Shown here one piece after another: positions 63,902 to 64,000 of a stretch of 64,000 nt of DNA. Below the pieces are notes generated by a model. The model did no database searches and was not told the DNA's origin. It saw nothing but the letters and a program-made list of their open reading frames with translations. Source of the stretch: Amoeboaphelidium protococcarum X5 (taxonomy: Eukaryota > Fungi > Aphelidiomycota). Location: positions 82,241 to 146,240 of the forward strand of contig JALDTO010000137.1 in assembly GCA_023515725.1 (NCBI GenBank), read 5' to 3'. Within the stretch, counting starts at the first letter, position 1; each line of letters begins with the position of its first letter. Position numbers and translations under genes: made by a program.

Positions 63902-64000
63902 GGTAGCAGGGTAGCAGGGTAGCAGGGTAGGGCAGGGTTAGGCAGGGTTGGGCAGGGTTGGGCAGGGTAGGGCAGGGTTAGGGCAGGGTTAGGGTTAGGG
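63901..64000 (+). repeat. Telomeric repeat array: variant units grading into TTAGGG
   Basis: (GGGTAGCA)x3, GGGTAGGGCA, GGGTTAGGCA, (GGGTTGGGCA)x2, GGGTAGGGCA, GGGTTAGGGCA, (GGGTTA)x2, GGG. The G-rich strand runs 5'-3' to the window end. Confidence 0.9.

Noticed and set aside
63609-63914. Plus-strand ORF running into the telomere
   Set aside because: Antisense to the longer minus-strand frame, non-ATG start, no motif.
1-64000. Reading the many short standard-code ORFs as separate genes or mass pseudogenisation
   Set aside because: They join in-frame across TAA/TAG into full-length conserved proteins, with TAR at Gln positions.
1-64000. Ciliate origin (same code, telomere close to genes)
   Set aside because: The division II chitin synthase, fungal-type GAD and MYND proteins, CTAAC/CTAAT branch-site introns and TTAGGG-type repeats point to a fungal relative. 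This was not formally tested.

Overview
Gene-dense eukaryotic chromosome end from an opisthokont of the fungal/Holomycota side that uses a non-standard nuclear code: TAA and TAG encode glutamine and TGA is the only stop (NCBI table 6). The supplied standard-code ORF track is therefore fragmented. Re-read with TAR=Gln, the fragments join into about 30 mostly full-length genes with a few short GT-AG introns (55-113 nt). These include a receptor-like TKL kinase, a three-member orphan family, PRP46/PLRG1, a Rap/Ras-GEF, TVP23, SDR-type threonine dehydrogenase, two MYND paralogues, NADP-IDH, SAM synthetase, a GT14 glycosyltransferase, a ZGRF1-like helicase, Aladin, a class IV-like chitin synthase, PIF1, two CFEM-like GPI proteins, an MFS transporter, GAD, a Golgi-type sulfotransferase, GRHPR, a TBC1D5-like GAP, DHX34 and a PKA catalytic subunit. 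This code plus fungal-type genes best fits an aphelid such as Amoeboaphelidium protococcarum (inference, not verified). The window ends in variant telomeric repeats grading into TTAGGG. The repeats join directly to an open reading frame that lacks its 5' end, which suggests chromosome breakage healed by de novo telomere addition. All coordinates and translations were made by hand.
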